Positions 1 through 9,781 of a stretch of 64,000 nt of DNA are shown here, piece after piece. The notes under the pieces were generated by a model. It had not been told where the DNA came from. It saw only the letters and a list, made by a program, of their open reading frames with translations, and ran no database searches. The stretch spans positions 72,797-136,796 of the forward strand of contig PFWT01000009.1 of assembly GCA_002791275.1 (NCBI GenBank), read 5' to 3'. Position 1 is the stretch's first letter; each line of letters starts with the position of its first letter. The translations under genes were made by a program, and so were the position numbers. This DNA is from Candidatus Uhrbacteria bacterium CG_4_9_14_3_um_filter_41_35. GTDB lineage: Bacteria > Patescibacteriota > Patescibacteriia > UBA9934.

Positions 1-119
1 TAATTATTCGAGAACCACAGGATACCGGCGACTGTAACTACAAAGACACAGAGTAGAACTACCTCGTTTAGCAAAATATTTTTTAAACTCCAAGGAGTCT
101 GTTCATCATTGTTTTGCAT
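1..119 (-). CDS. Partial hypothetical membrane protein (runs off left edge)
   Basis: ATG at 119 (minus) opens MQNNDEQTPWSLKNILLNEVVLLCVFVVTVAGILWFSNN..., no stop before the edge; starts just after the stop of 128..583. Confidence 0.5.
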   Translation of the reverse strand, partial: MQNNDEQTPWSLKNILLNEVVLLCVFVVTVAGILWFSNN

Positions 120-127
120 ATTCCGTG

Positions 128-583
128 TCATTGCTGCTCACGTTCATTTGATTTACGGAATGAACTCCGAAAGAACACCGATTTTGAAACAATCTTCTGG
201 ATTTCAGCCTGGGTAAAAGATTTCTTGACCAGACCTTCGTCCTTAATCGAAACCTTGGACTGCGCAACCTCAATCCAGCTATGAAGCTCAGATGTTGTTG
301 CGTCAAGATAGCTCTTCGTAACTTCCAGCTCATTTTGAACCAGTTTCTTCTCGACCCGATATTTTTCGGCGTTTAACCGTAGTATCCTGATCTTTTCAAG
401 AAGCTCTACTTGTTGTTTTCTGGCCTGAGCCATATTTACCGCAAACTGAATTGACTCTCCGATAAAGTAAATGGCAAGTGCAATTAGAAAGAATCTACTA
501 ATAAATCCTGCTGCTAAAATTACCAACAGAACTAGAATTGTCTGAACTACAGCAAGGAGCTGTAGTCTGTATTTTTCATACAT
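128..583 (-). CDS. Hypothetical membrane protein with coiled-coil tail
   Basis: Two hydrophobic N-terminal segments then helical charged region; GGAG and TTGACA-17-TATGGT upstream. Confidence 0.7.
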   Translation of the reverse strand: MYEKYRLQLLAVVQTILVLLVILAAGFISRFFLIALAIYFIGESIQFAVNMAQARKQQVELLEKIRILRLNAEKYRVEKKLVQNELEVTKSYLDATTSELHSWIEVAQSKVSIKDEGLVKKSFTQAEIQKIVSKSVFFRSSFRKSNEREQQ

Positions 584-671
584 TTTTAGCTCCGTTTGTG
601 AAAGGACTATATACCATAGTCTGATCTAAATATTTTGTCAAAAAAATAGACATATTAGTGTCTATTTTTTA

Positions 672-1340
672 TTACTTTTTAGATCGCTCGTAAAGCGCTA
701 TTGCGGTAGCGTGAGTTACATTTAAACTTTCTAGTAGGGCTGAATGAGGAATTACTATTGAAGTACCGTTAATACCTAGTTTTAAACCAGAACCTTCACT
801 GCCAACCACTAAAATTGCTGGCTCGTTAGTCATTTTAGAAACCGGTACGGATGTTTCACGATTTTCAATTCGATAAACTGGTCGCTTCAGCTGTTCCAGA
901 TATTTAGTTGCTTCTTCGCGTTTTACCTTGAGCCAAGGCACCACGAAAACTGCACCAACAGAGGATCTCACGACCTTGGGACTTGTGATGTCCGCAGACT
1001 CAATCAGAATAATACTAGCCTCAAACCCCAAACAAAGTCGTAGAATTGACCCCACATTACCAGGATCCTGAACGCCATCTAAAACAACGATGGTGTTTTT
1101 AGCTTCAATGTCCGCCTCCTGCCATTTTGGGATCTTGGCCACTCCTGCCATCTCCTGCGGTGTTTCGGTAGTAATTAACTCAAGAAAATTTTCACTCATT
1201 TCTTTAGTGAAAGTAAACTCAATAGCCTTACCAGCGGTTTCAATAACTTTCGCTCCTTCCACCAAACAACGATCCGCTTTTTCGCGCCCCTTTTTAGTGT
1301 GAAGAGATTTAATAAGTTTTTCCTGAGCAATACTTAGCAT
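672..1340 (-). CDS. TrmH/SpoU family RNA methyltransferase
   Basis: Motifs LDGVQDPGNVGSILR, VGSEGSG, ESLNV. Confidence 0.92.
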   Translation of the reverse strand: MLSIAQEKLIKSLHTKKGREKADRCLVEGAKVIETAGKAIEFTFTKEMSENFLELITTETPQEMAGVAKIPKWQEADIEAKNTIVVLDGVQDPGNVGSILRLCLGFEASIILIESADITSPKVVRSSVGAVFVVPWLKVKREEATKYLEQLKRPVYRIENRETSVPVSKMTNEPAILVVGSEGSGLKLGINGTSIVIPHSALLESLNVTHATAIALYERSKK

Positions 1341-1450
1341 AAACTAAAGAATAGCGATTATTTTTCTATTTGTCAATGTTCTATTAACATTTTTACCTTT
1401 ATAAAAATTGAAAAATATTATATACTCGTAACGATTTTTAGTAGCGATCG

Positions 1451-1747
1451 ATGCTTGATTCAGCAAGTCACAGTGAGCGTAAAGTACTTTTAGATTGTGT
1501 TAAACACTACCAGGAGTATTTTGAAGCGTTAGGCGTTGTTCCGATTGAAGTATCGGGAGACAATAAACGCGTTACACAAAAAGAACTCTTGGGTCACTGC
1601 GCGGGAAATCTTGAAAGGATCCGGGCAATGATCAACGCTGGCCGCCTGGGCGACGCCAAAGCGATCTTTTGTTTTATGGAGGGTGTGCTCTTTGCCACGG
1701 GTCTTGCAACACTAAACGATTTACGAAAACTAACTCACTCAATTTGA
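1451..1747 (+). CDS. Hypothetical protein (ORFan-like)
   Basis: 98-aa ORF followed by hairpin CCAGTC..GACTGG and a T tract. Confidence 0.6.
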   Translation: MLDSASHSERKVLLDCVKHYQEYFEALGVVPIEVSGDNKRVTQKELLGHCAGNLERIRAMINAGRLGDAKAIFCFMEGVLFATGLATLNDLRKLTHSI

Positions 1748-1831
1748 GTTTGAGACCAGCCAGTCAATCATCGACTGGTCTTTTTTTACCTATTGATTAC
1801 TGATCTGGTATACTATACTCGAAATACTTTT

Positions 1832-2155
1832 ATGCAAAATATTCAACAACTACTAAATTCAAAAATAATTTGGTCCGCACTAATTTTTAGTTTTGTTACA
1901 TTACTCGCAACTAGTCTTTATTTAAAAAATGTAACGCAATCAGCTCAGCCAACCGAAGCCGAACTTACTTCAAGTAATCAGGAGCTATTTAGTCGAGTCG
2001 CAGATTATGCTAATTTACGAAGTGATATTAAAACCGAATATTTGCGATGTCGAAATTTAATTTCTGATCATGTGGATGAAGAAAGTAATTTTGACATTGA
2101 TTATTGTTATGAATATATAAAATGGACAGATTCTCTAACAGTTAAGGTTTTTTAA
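1832..2155 (+). CDS. Hypothetical single-TM protein
   Basis: ATG at 1832 preferred to TTG at 1793; N-terminal hydrophobic helix. Confidence 0.6.
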   Translation: MQNIQQLLNSKIIWSALIFSFVTLLATSLYLKNVTQSAQPTEAELTSSNQELFSRVADYANLRSDIKTEYLRCRNLISDHVDEESNFDIDYCYEYIKWTDSLTVKVF

Positions 2156-2157
2156 TT

Positions 2158-2442
2158 ATGAAGCCTAGTCACAACCGCCATGTAAAAATTCGAGTTTACG
2201 GAAATGTTCAAGGTGTATTTTACAGAATATATGTTAAAGATCGAGCTGACGAACTCGGTATTAATGGATCTGTTAAAAATAGAACCGACGGCACTGTTGA
2301 AATTGTAGCCGAAGGTGAAGAAGAGGCTATCGACGAGTTCGTTCGGCAATGCAGGCGCGGTAATGAGCAGAGCATTATTAAAAGACTGCGGATTGTAGAT
2401 GGTGATGTTGAAGGCTACGAAGGCTTTACAGTGAGAGGCTAA
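2158..2442 (+). CDS. acyP: Acylphosphatase
   Basis: VYGNVQGVFYR and GSVKNRTDGTVEIVAEG signature motifs. Confidence 0.93.
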   Translation: MKPSHNRHVKIRVYGNVQGVFYRIYVKDRADELGINGSVKNRTDGTVEIVAEGEEEAIDEFVRQCRRGNEQSIIKRLRIVDGDVEGYEGFTVRG

Positions 2443-2448
2443 AAACAA

Positions 2449-2471
2449 AAAATAGGGCAAAACCCTATTTT
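2449..2471. terminator. Bidirectional intrinsic terminator
   Basis: AAAATAGGG-caaaa-CCCTATTTT between convergent acyP and the small basic ORF. Confidence 0.7.
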
Positions 2472-2604
2472 ATGCAGTCACTTTAGCTTCAGCTTTTGCC
2501 ATTCGAATAGCTTTTGCTTTTCGTCTAAGTGAAGCAGATTTTACTCTTTTAACAGCTTCTATTTCTCTTGATTTCTTTCGTTTCTTTTGGTGTCGTGATG
2601 GCAT
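2470..2604 (-). CDS. Small Lys/Arg-rich protein, 44 aa (not in ORF track)
   Basis: Translates as MPSRHQKKRKKSREIEAVKRVKSASLRRKAKAIRMAKAEAKVTA*; AT-rich context before ATG like the r-protein genes; ends at a terminator. Confidence 0.7.
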   Translation of the reverse strand: MPSRHQKKRKKSREIEAVKRVKSASLRRKAKAIRMAKAEAKVTA

Positions 2605-2725
2605 AATAATTTTTTGTCGAATTGTAAGTCTAAAAAATTCGATTGAATACTAAAGGAGAATATAATATTTATGGTTAATTGTCAAGACTTTACAATGAAC
2701 AAAAAAATAGATAAAACATAGATAT

Positions 2726-4228
2726 ATGGAAATATTAGTTCAAAAAGGGGATATCTTAGAAGTTGCAACTGATTTATTAGTGGTCGGTGCTTATGAATCT
2801 GAGTTACTCCACGACCCGTTTACTGAAAGATTGAACGAACTTTTAGGTGGAAAAATGACAAAAATGGCCAAAGCTCAGGAATTTGAAGCAAAGCTTGGGC
2901 AAACCCTAATATTTGCGGCTCCAGACAAGATGGATATGGAGTATGTAATGGTCGTGGGTCTTGGTGAATTAAAATCCTCAGTTGTTGAAGCTGCCAGACT
3001 AGCCAGTGGTACTGCAGTACAGATGGCAAAAAAAATGGGCTTACGTAAAATCGCCATTGAATTTTTTGGTGAAGATCACGAGGAGTTTAGTGCTAAGAAC
3101 ACAGCAGAAGCTATGACTGAAGCTCTGCTTTTAGCAGACTACCAGTTTAACGTATACAAAAAACGTAAAGGCGTTTCGATTAAAGAAGTCATAATTGTAG
3201 CTGAAGATGGACGAGATGCTCGGAGTGCAGAAAAGGGGATTGAGAAGGGTCGAATTTGTGTAGACGGAACCACTGTGGCTCGAGATCTTGTAAACACACC
3301 TGGTCAGGATATGACACCAACCCGATTAGCTGAAGCCGCTGAAGAAATCTCTCGTATTTCAGGCGAGACGGTAAAGGTTGAGATTTTTGACCGCGCACAG
3401 GTTGAAAAAATGGGTATGGGTGCATATCTAGCAGTTGCGCAGGGAGCCGACAGCGAGCTGAAATTTATTCACCTCACCTACACACCAACAGTTGATTACA
3501 AAAAAACTGTGGCCGTAGTTGGGAAGGGTGTAACTTTTGACTCAGGCGGACTATCGCTCAAGCCTGGAAGCAGTATGGAAACAATGAAGTGTGATATGGC
3601 CGGCGCCGCTACAGTACTCGGACTTTTCACAGCGCTCGGTAGGTTACAACCAAAAGTAGCTGTCCACGGAATTATTGCTGCTTGCGAAAATATGCCATCT
3701 GGCCGAGCAATCAGACCTGGTGATATTGTAAAATCTGCCAACGGAAAAACTATCGAAATTCTGAATACCGATGCTGAGGGACGACTAACTTTGGCCGACG
3801 CTCTACATTACGCACAAAAATTTGAACCAGATTATTTAGTCGACCTGGCAACACTAACCGGAGCAATAGTTGTCGGACTTGGCGAGGAAATCGCTGGAGT
3901 ATTTTCAAACGATAACGTACTATCAAACAAGCTAGTTAAAGCTGGAGAGGAAACTGGCGAAGATATGTGTGCGCTACCACTTCACAGCGCTTACAAAAAG
4001 CTAATCCAATCAGAAGTAGCTGACATTCAAAATACCTCAACCTCACGTTATGGTGGTTCTATAACAGCTGCACTATTTTTATCGGAGTTCATTAACAGTA
4101 GTCAAAAATGGGCGCATATCGACATCGCAGGACCAGCTTTCGCAGAAAGACCGATGAATAGCTATACTGGGCTTGGCGGAACAGGTTTTGGAGTGCGAAC
4201 CTTAATTAGATGGATCGAGGAATTATAA
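2726..4228 (+). CDS. pepA: Leucyl aminopeptidase (M17)
   Basis: VGKGVTFDSGG, MKCDMAGAA, NTDAEGRL motifs. Confidence 0.96.
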   Translation: MEILVQKGDILEVATDLLVVGAYESELLHDPFTERLNELLGGKMTKMAKAQEFEAKLGQTLIFAAPDKMDMEYVMVVGLGELKSSVVEAARLASGTAVQMAKKMGLRKIAIEFFGEDHEEFSAKNTAEAMTEALLLADYQFNVYKKRKGVSIKEVIIVAEDGRDARSAEKGIEKGRICVDGTTVARDLVNTPGQDMTPTRLAEAAEEISRISGETVKVEIFDRAQVEKMGMGAYLAVAQGADSELKFIHLTYTPTVDYKKTVAVVGKGVTFDSGGLSLKPGSSMETMKCDMAGAATVLGLFTALGRLQPKVAVHGIIAACENMPSGRAIRPGDIVKSANGKTIEILNTDAEGRLTLADALHYAQKFEPDYLVDLATLTGAIVVGLGEEIAGVFSNDNVLSNKLVKAGEETGEDMCALPLHSAYKKLIQSEVADIQNTSTSRYGGSITAALFLSEFINSSQKWAHIDIAGPAFAERPMNSYTGLGGTGFGVRTLIRWIEEL

Positions 4229-4308
4229 AATATAAAAATATCAGTTGATAAATTTCACTGATATTTTTTTGTTGTGCTACAATATTTGCATAATATTAAA
4301 CACAAAAT

Positions 4309-4539
4309 ATGCAAGTAACTGTTTATTCAACTCCAACCTGTCCATGGTGTAAAAAAATCAAAGCTTTTCTTTCAGAACATAGTGTTGAATTTAATGATAT
4401 CGACGTCTCTGCGGATCAAGTAAAGGCAGCTGAAATGATTGAGAAGTCGGGCCAAATGGGTGTACCTGTTCTAGAAATTGGTGATGACCTAGTAATTGGC
4501 TACGACGAGGCAAGAGTTTCTCAGCTATTAAATCTATAA
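4309..4539 (+). CDS. Glutaredoxin-like protein (NrdH/YruB type)
   Basis: YSTPTCPWC and GQMGVPV motifs. Confidence 0.9.
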   Translation: MQVTVYSTPTCPWCKKIKAFLSEHSVEFNDIDVSADQVKAAEMIEKSGQMGVPVLEIGDDLVIGYDEARVSQLLNL

Positions 4540-4593
4540 ATTAAAATCATCGAGTTTTAACTCGATGATTTTTTTGTCGTTAGTTTTGGTTAT

Positions 4594-5118
4594 TTAAGCC
4601 TTACCTAGAGTTTCTTCACCTGTTTCCCATTCAACTGGGCAAAGATCACCACTTTGTAGCGCTTTTAATACTCGAAGGGTTTCAGTTACTGAACGACCAA
4701 CTGAGCCTGAAGATACAAGCGTGTATCTTACAACACCTTCAGGGTCAATGATAAAGAGACCACGTTCTGCAGAACCATCTTCGTCGTTTAGGACCTCGTA
4801 GTCAAAAGCTACATTCTGGGTTGTGTCTGCTAGTACAGGGTATTTTACCTCTGGCAAATCACGCTCAAGCCAGTTTTTGTGTGACCACTCAGAGTCTGTT
4901 GAAGCTCCAAGAATCTCACAGTTGAGTGCTGAAAACTCATCTGCTTTTTTTGCAAAACCACGAATTTCAGTTGGACAAATGAAAGTGAAATCTCGTGGGT
5001 AAAAGAAAAATACCAACCATTTTCCTTTATAATCAGCTAAACTCACTTTTGTGAACTCACCATTATGATAAGCGGTCACATTTTCAAACTCTGGAGCCTG
5101 TTTTCCTAATTCAATCAT
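4594..5118 (-). CDS. ahpC: 2-Cys peroxiredoxin
   Basis: FYPRDFTFICPTE peroxidatic motif; C-terminal LCPVEW resolving Cys. Confidence 0.92.
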   Translation of the reverse strand: MIELGKQAPEFENVTAYHNGEFTKVSLADYKGKWLVFFFYPRDFTFICPTEIRGFAKKADEFSALNCEILGASTDSEWSHKNWLERDLPEVKYPVLADTTQNVAFDYEVLNDEDGSAERGLFIIDPEGVVRYTLVSSGSVGRSVTETLRVLKALQSGDLCPVEWETGEETLGKA

Positions 5119-5221
5119 AATATTTTGTTAATAATCGTGATTAGATTCTACCAATTAATCCAATATTTGCAAAATCTATGATTTCTGGTACATTTTGATC
5201 ATTAAATACGATTATTGAAAT

Positions 5222-6391
5222 ATGAAAAAGATTCTGATTTTTATTGTTCTTGTTGCAGTTTTTAGCGGAGGTTTTTATGCTTTTCAGCAGTATCAGACTA
5301 AAAAAACTACTGAACTTTTTAGTAAGACCGAGCTAGTAAATGGAATACTACCTGAACCTATTATTGTAAACGGTGAGGAATTCCTTGTAAGACCAGCAGA
5401 TCTTTATGACTTTGGTGCAGACGAAACAGTGCGGGCAACACTAGATAATCCAAAGTTTACAAATGTCGCAACAGCTGACGAATATTTGGCTGACGAAGTC
5501 TTTGGAATTAACGTTGAAGTAAATGGCGCACACCGATTCTACTCATACCAGATTTTAAACTGGCACCAGGTTGTAAACGATAATTTTGATGGAAAAAATC
5601 TTACTGTAACTTATTGCGTATTTTGTCGATCGTTTGCAGTTTTTGAAACAAATAAGAAATTTGATCTAGATGGCCGGGTTTACAATAACAATGTCCTCAT
5701 TAAGGATCGTGAAAATAATTCCTCTTGGCTTCAGATTCGTGGTCTTTCGGTAATTGGAAACAACGTAGGTGAAAAACTAAATCAGTACCAGGCAGAATCA
5801 ATTACCTGGTCAGATTTCAAGAAACTTTACCCAGAAGGTGAGGTGCTCTCAACTGACACTGGTTTTGTTCGTGATTATACAAGACACCCATACGCAAGCT
5901 ACGACACCATAAAAACTGTTTATTTCCCTTTAACCAATTTTAACGATGTTTTTGACAAAAAAGATTTGGTTCACGGGGTAGACTTGGGTGATGTTCAGAT
6001 TGCTTTTTCTGAATACATCATGCGTAACGTGCCCGTTGAAACCGTTGACTATAAAGGGCACAAAATTGTTGGCTTTTTGGATGAAGTTGGAGTGATACGT
6101 ATTTTTAAAAATATCACTTTAGGCGAAACAGAGCTTGATTCAAAATATCTGCCAAAAAATGTACCTCTAGATGAAGTTCTAGATTTTACTTACGATCCCA
6201 AAAAAGACCTAATGATTGATAATCAAACAGGTTCAAAGTGGAATCGAAAAGGTGAAGTTATAGAGGGACCACTACTTCAAAAGAAACTAAAGCAACTTGA
6301 AAGCGTCGAAACTTTTTGGTTCTGTTATTCAGCAATGTTTGAAAATGCCGTCATTGCTGATATTAATGCCATTGAATTTAACAAACAATAA
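5222..6391 (+). CDS. DUF3179-like membrane-anchored protein
   Basis: N-terminal TM; ILNWHQVVND, TYCVFCRS, DTGFVRDY..PY, FWF motifs. Confidence 0.78.
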   Translation: MKKILIFIVLVAVFSGGFYAFQQYQTKKTTELFSKTELVNGILPEPIIVNGEEFLVRPADLYDFGADETVRATLDNPKFTNVATADEYLADEVFGINVEVNGAHRFYSYQILNWHQVVNDNFDGKNLTVTYCVFCRSFAVFETNKKFDLDGRVYNNNVLIKDRENNSSWLQIRGLSVIGNNVGEKLNQYQAESITWSDFKKLYPEGEVLSTDTGFVRDYTRHPYASYDTIKTVYFPLTNFNDVFDKKDLVHGVDLGDVQIAFSEYIMRNVPVETVDYKGHKIVGFLDEVGVIRIFKNITLGETELDSKYLPKNVPLDEVLDFTYDPKKDLMIDNQTGSKWNRKGEVIEGPLLQKKLKQLESVETFWFCYSAMFENAVIADINAIEFNKQ

Positions 6392-7060
6392 ATGTCAAAT
6401 AGAATTCTCTACATTGTTGGAACTCCAATCGGTAACTTGGATGACATGACTACGCGCGCCACAAAAATTTTGGCGGGCGTAGATGTTGTTTTATGTGAAG
6501 ATACTCGAGTAACGAAAAAAGTTTTAGATCGAATAGGTTCCAAGGCTCAAACAAGGCCACTTCATCAACACTCAACCGACCTTGAAATCAAGAAAACTTT
6601 CAATTCCATTTACAACTCAGTTGCTTACGTAAGCGACGCCGGCACACCTGGTATTTCAGATCCAGGCGGTAAGATTACTGAAATTGCTCTACAAGAAGGT
6701 TTTGAAGTTGTTGGAATTCCTGGAGTAAGTGCAGTTACAATGGCGCTTTCAATCTCGGCTTTTCCGGCTGACAAGTTTACCTTTTTAGGATTTCCACCCC
6801 ACAAAAAAGGGCGCAACAAATATTTTGAACAGCTATCGATGCTCGACCACACGATCGCGCTTTACGAGTCAAAGCACAGAATTCTAAAAACACTCGATGA
6901 ATTACCTCAAGAGAGACCAATTACCGTTGGTCGTGAACTCACAAAAATGCACGAAATTACTTACAGAGGTTTGCCCGCTGATGTTAAAAAAGAAATAGAA
7001 GAATCTAGCGCAAAAGGGGAGTTCGTCATTGTGGTAGCACCGAAAAAGTGGAAAGCCTAA
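6392..7060 (+). CDS. rsmI: 16S rRNA C1402 2'-O-methyltransferase
   Basis: LYIVGTPIGNL, CEDTR, SDAGTPGISDPG, RELTKMHE. Confidence 0.95.
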   Translation: MSNRILYIVGTPIGNLDDMTTRATKILAGVDVVLCEDTRVTKKVLDRIGSKAQTRPLHQHSTDLEIKKTFNSIYNSVAYVSDAGTPGISDPGGKITEIALQEGFEVVGIPGVSAVTMALSISAFPADKFTFLGFPPHKKGRNKYFEQLSMLDHTIALYESKHRILKTLDELPQERPITVGRELTKMHEITYRGLPADVKKEIEESSAKGEFVIVVAPKKWKA

Positions 7061-7091
7061 TTTTCAAACTTAAAGTAATCAATATTAATTT

Positions 7092-8546
7092 ATGTCAAAA
7101 TCTTATTACATTACCGCGGCTATTCCGTATGTAAATGGTGAACCTCACGTTGGTCACGCACTTGAGTTTATTCAGGTCGACGCAGCAGCTCGCTATCACC
7201 GACAAAAATTAGGTTTAGATCAGGTTAGGGCAATTACCGGCACAGATGAAAATAGTCTAAAAAACGTTCGAGCAGCGGAAGATGCTGGTCGAGACATTGG
7301 CGAGTTTGTTGCAGAAAACTCCCAGAAATTTAGAGATTTGTACAAAACTTTAAATCTTTCTTTTGAAGATTTTATTCGAACGCGTGAAGATCGTCATATT
7401 TTGGGCGCACAAAAATTATGGAGTGCCTTTAAACCTGAGGATATTTATCAAAAAACTTACAATGGACTTTATTGTGTTGGCTGTGAAGCATTTTACACTG
7501 AAAAAGATTGCGCAGACGGCAAGTGCCCAACACACAAAAAAGATTTGGAAAAAATTGAAGAGGAAAACTATTTCTTTAAGCTTTCAAATTATCAAACTAA
7601 ACTAGAGGAGCTAATCGAGTCAGGAGAGTTAAAAATTCACCCTGAAACTAGGAAAAATGAAATCCTGAGCTTCATAAAAAGTGGTTTAGAGGATTTTTCA
7701 ATTTCACGTTCACAGGAGCGGGCTAAAAACTGGGGGGTAACAGTTCCAGGTGATGAAAGCCAGGTAATGTATGTTTGGGTTGATGCACTTTCAAACTATA
7801 TTAACGTCTTAGGTTACGCTGAAGACTCTGAACTGTACCGAAAGTTCTGGGCAAATGGCGACGAGCGTGTTCACATTATTGGAAAAGACATTTCACGCTT
7901 TCACGCAATTTACTGGCCAGCGATGTTACTTTCCGCGAACGTTCCGGTGCCAACTGAAATTTATGTTCACGGATTTTTCACTGTGGAGGGGCAAAAAATG
8001 TCTAAATCACTCGGAAATGTTATTCACCCAAAAACTTTGGTTGATGATTTTGGCGTAGATGCAGTTCGCTACTTTTTACTTCGCGAAATGCCTTACGCTT
8101 CAGATGGTGATGTTTCAATGGAAAGAATCGAAAACCGTTACGCAGAACTTGCAAATCAACTTGGCAACCTAGTTAGTCGGGTAGCTACAATGTCTGAAAA
8201 ATACTTTGATGGTCAGCTAGATCAGTTCGATTTAAAATGGGACGATCACTTCGAGTACCTCGACTCCGCAATGCGTAGCTACGATTTTAAAAAATATTTA
8301 GACCGTGTTTTTGAATTAGTGGGTATGGCAAACGAAATCATTGACCGAGAAAAACCATTTAAACTAATCAAAGAAGATGAAGTCAAAACTAAACAGGTGC
8401 TTTCGGAAGTGGCAGAAATAATTCGGCAAGTTGGAAATTTCTTACTGCCAATCACACCAAACTCAGCAGAGGAAATATTAAGACGCTATTCCGGTACAAA
8501 AATTTTGGTCGGGGAGAGTCTCTTTCCAAGAAGAGATCAGGCTTAA
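7092..8546 (+). CDS. metG: Methionine--tRNA ligase (short form, no C-terminal OB domain)
   Basis: PYVNGEPHVGH, YCVGCE, KMSKS. Confidence 0.96.
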   Translation: MSKSYYITAAIPYVNGEPHVGHALEFIQVDAAARYHRQKLGLDQVRAITGTDENSLKNVRAAEDAGRDIGEFVAENSQKFRDLYKTLNLSFEDFIRTREDRHILGAQKLWSAFKPEDIYQKTYNGLYCVGCEAFYTEKDCADGKCPTHKKDLEKIEEENYFFKLSNYQTKLEELIESGELKIHPETRKNEILSFIKSGLEDFSISRSQERAKNWGVTVPGDESQVMYVWVDALSNYINVLGYAEDSELYRKFWANGDERVHIIGKDISRFHAIYWPAMLLSANVPVPTEIYVHGFFTVEGQKMSKSLGNVIHPKTLVDDFGVDAVRYFLLREMPYASDGDVSMERIENRYAELANQLGNLVSRVATMSEKYFDGQLDQFDLKWDDHFEYLDSAMRSYDFKKYLDRVFELVGMANEIIDREKPFKLIKEDEVKTKQVLSEVAEIIRQVGNFLLPITPNSAEEILRRYSGTKILVGESLFPRRDQA

Positions 8547-8555
8547 AATTTCATT

Positions 8556-9386
8556 ATGAAATTTATTGACTCGCATTGCCACGTTCAATTTAGAGCTTAT
8601 CTAGACGATATGGACGAAGTAGTGAAGCGCTCACTCAGCGAAGATGTGTTCATGATTAGTATTGGTACGCAGTCAGATACATCAAAATCTGCCATTGAAT
8701 TAGCGGAGCGTTACGATGGCGTTTGGGCCACCATCGGACTTCACCCGAATCACTTACATAAACAGGAGTTTTTTGACACAAACGAGCAAATCAAAACTCG
8801 GTCTGAAACTTTCGACAGTGCTGTTTACGAAAAAATGGTTCAGCACGAGAAGGTTGTAGCAATCGGAGAGTTTGGTCTTGATTATTACCGAATTCCAGAC
8901 GGTTACGAGCCAAGTGTTGTTATTCAGGATCAGATTAACGACTGTATTAAGCAACTCAAATTTGCGTCAAAATATAATAAGCCAGTTGTAATCCACTGCA
9001 GGGATGCTCACGAAAAACAATTTGAGCTTCTTAAGAATGAAATTGATGCTGGTGGGCTTACAAAACGTGGGGTCATTCACTCATTCACCGGAAATGTTGA
9101 GGAGGCAACACGGTACGCGGAACTAGAATTTTATATTGGAGTTAACGGGATCTTAACTTTTTCAAAAGAACTCCAAGCAGTTATTAAAGAAGTTCCGCTT
9201 GAACAGTTAGTTATTGAAACCGATGCGCCGTACCTCACACTGCCACCATTTCGAGGCAAACGCAACGAACCTCGCTACGTAAAATACGTTGCCGAACTTT
9301 TAGCAGAGATAAAAGGAGTTACCGTGGAAGAGATAGCTGAAGTTACTGCAAAAAATACAATCAAATTATTTAATCTGCCACTTTAA
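8556..9386 (+). CDS. tatD: TatD family hydrolase
   Basis: DSHCH, GLHP, IGEFGLDY, HCRDA, ETDAPY. Confidence 0.93.
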   Translation: MKFIDSHCHVQFRAYLDDMDEVVKRSLSEDVFMISIGTQSDTSKSAIELAERYDGVWATIGLHPNHLHKQEFFDTNEQIKTRSETFDSAVYEKMVQHEKVVAIGEFGLDYYRIPDGYEPSVVIQDQINDCIKQLKFASKYNKPVVIHCRDAHEKQFELLKNEIDAGGLTKRGVIHSFTGNVEEATRYAELEFYIGVNGILTFSKELQAVIKEVPLEQLVIETDAPYLTLPPFRGKRNEPRYVKYVAELLAEIKGVTVEEIAEVTAKNTIKLFNLPL

Positions 9387-9397
9387 TCCACAGAAAA

Positions 9398-9434
9398 CAA
9401 ACAAACAACCGCCGTTTTTGACGGTTGTTTGTTT
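9398..9434 (+). terminator. Intrinsic terminator after tatD
   Basis: AAACAAACAACCG...CGGTTGTTTGTTT inverted repeat. Confidence 0.65.
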
Positions 9435-9450
9435 TCAAATTCATTTTCTA

Positions 9451-9479
9451 TTGACCTACAGTGTATTACAGGCTATACT
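9451..9479 (+). promoter_or_regulatory. Sigma70-type promoter of the atp operon
   Basis: TTGACC-17 nt-TATACT, about 60 nt upstream of the first atp gene. Confidence 0.65.
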
Positions 9480-9540
9480 TTTTGCGGTTTGTTTTTGGTT
9501 ATGTATATCTAAACTGAAAACAATAAACAGTTCTGTGGTT

Positions 9541-9780
9541 ATGAAATTCTACACACTTAAACATCGGCTAACTACGCTTTTTGCAACTACAGTGATTATC
9601 GCAATTTTTGCGCTTGCCGGCTATTTTATCGGTAAAAAAGTTGGGAATGTTAACTTGTTTATCATGCTCGGAGTGTTAATTTCCTACCCATTTTCCTTGT
9701 TTGGACTCACCAAGGTCTTAAAAGGATACGTTAAACAAGAAGAAAAAGAAGAAGACCTAATAGAAAAACAGGTGAAGTAA
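9541..9780 (+). CDS. AtpZ/AtpI-like small membrane protein
   Basis: Two TM helices, directly before atpB; ATG at 9541 lies downstream of the promoter. Confidence 0.65.
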   Translation: MKFYTLKHRLTTLFATTVIIAIFALAGYFIGKKVGNVNLFIMLGVLISYPFSLFGLTKVLKGYVKQEEKEEDLIEKQVK

Positions 9781-9781
9781 T

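Noticed and set aside
9418-9540. N-terminal extension of the first atp ORF from TTG 9418
   Set aside because: Overlaps the tatD terminator and the atp promoter; ATG 9541 is more plausible
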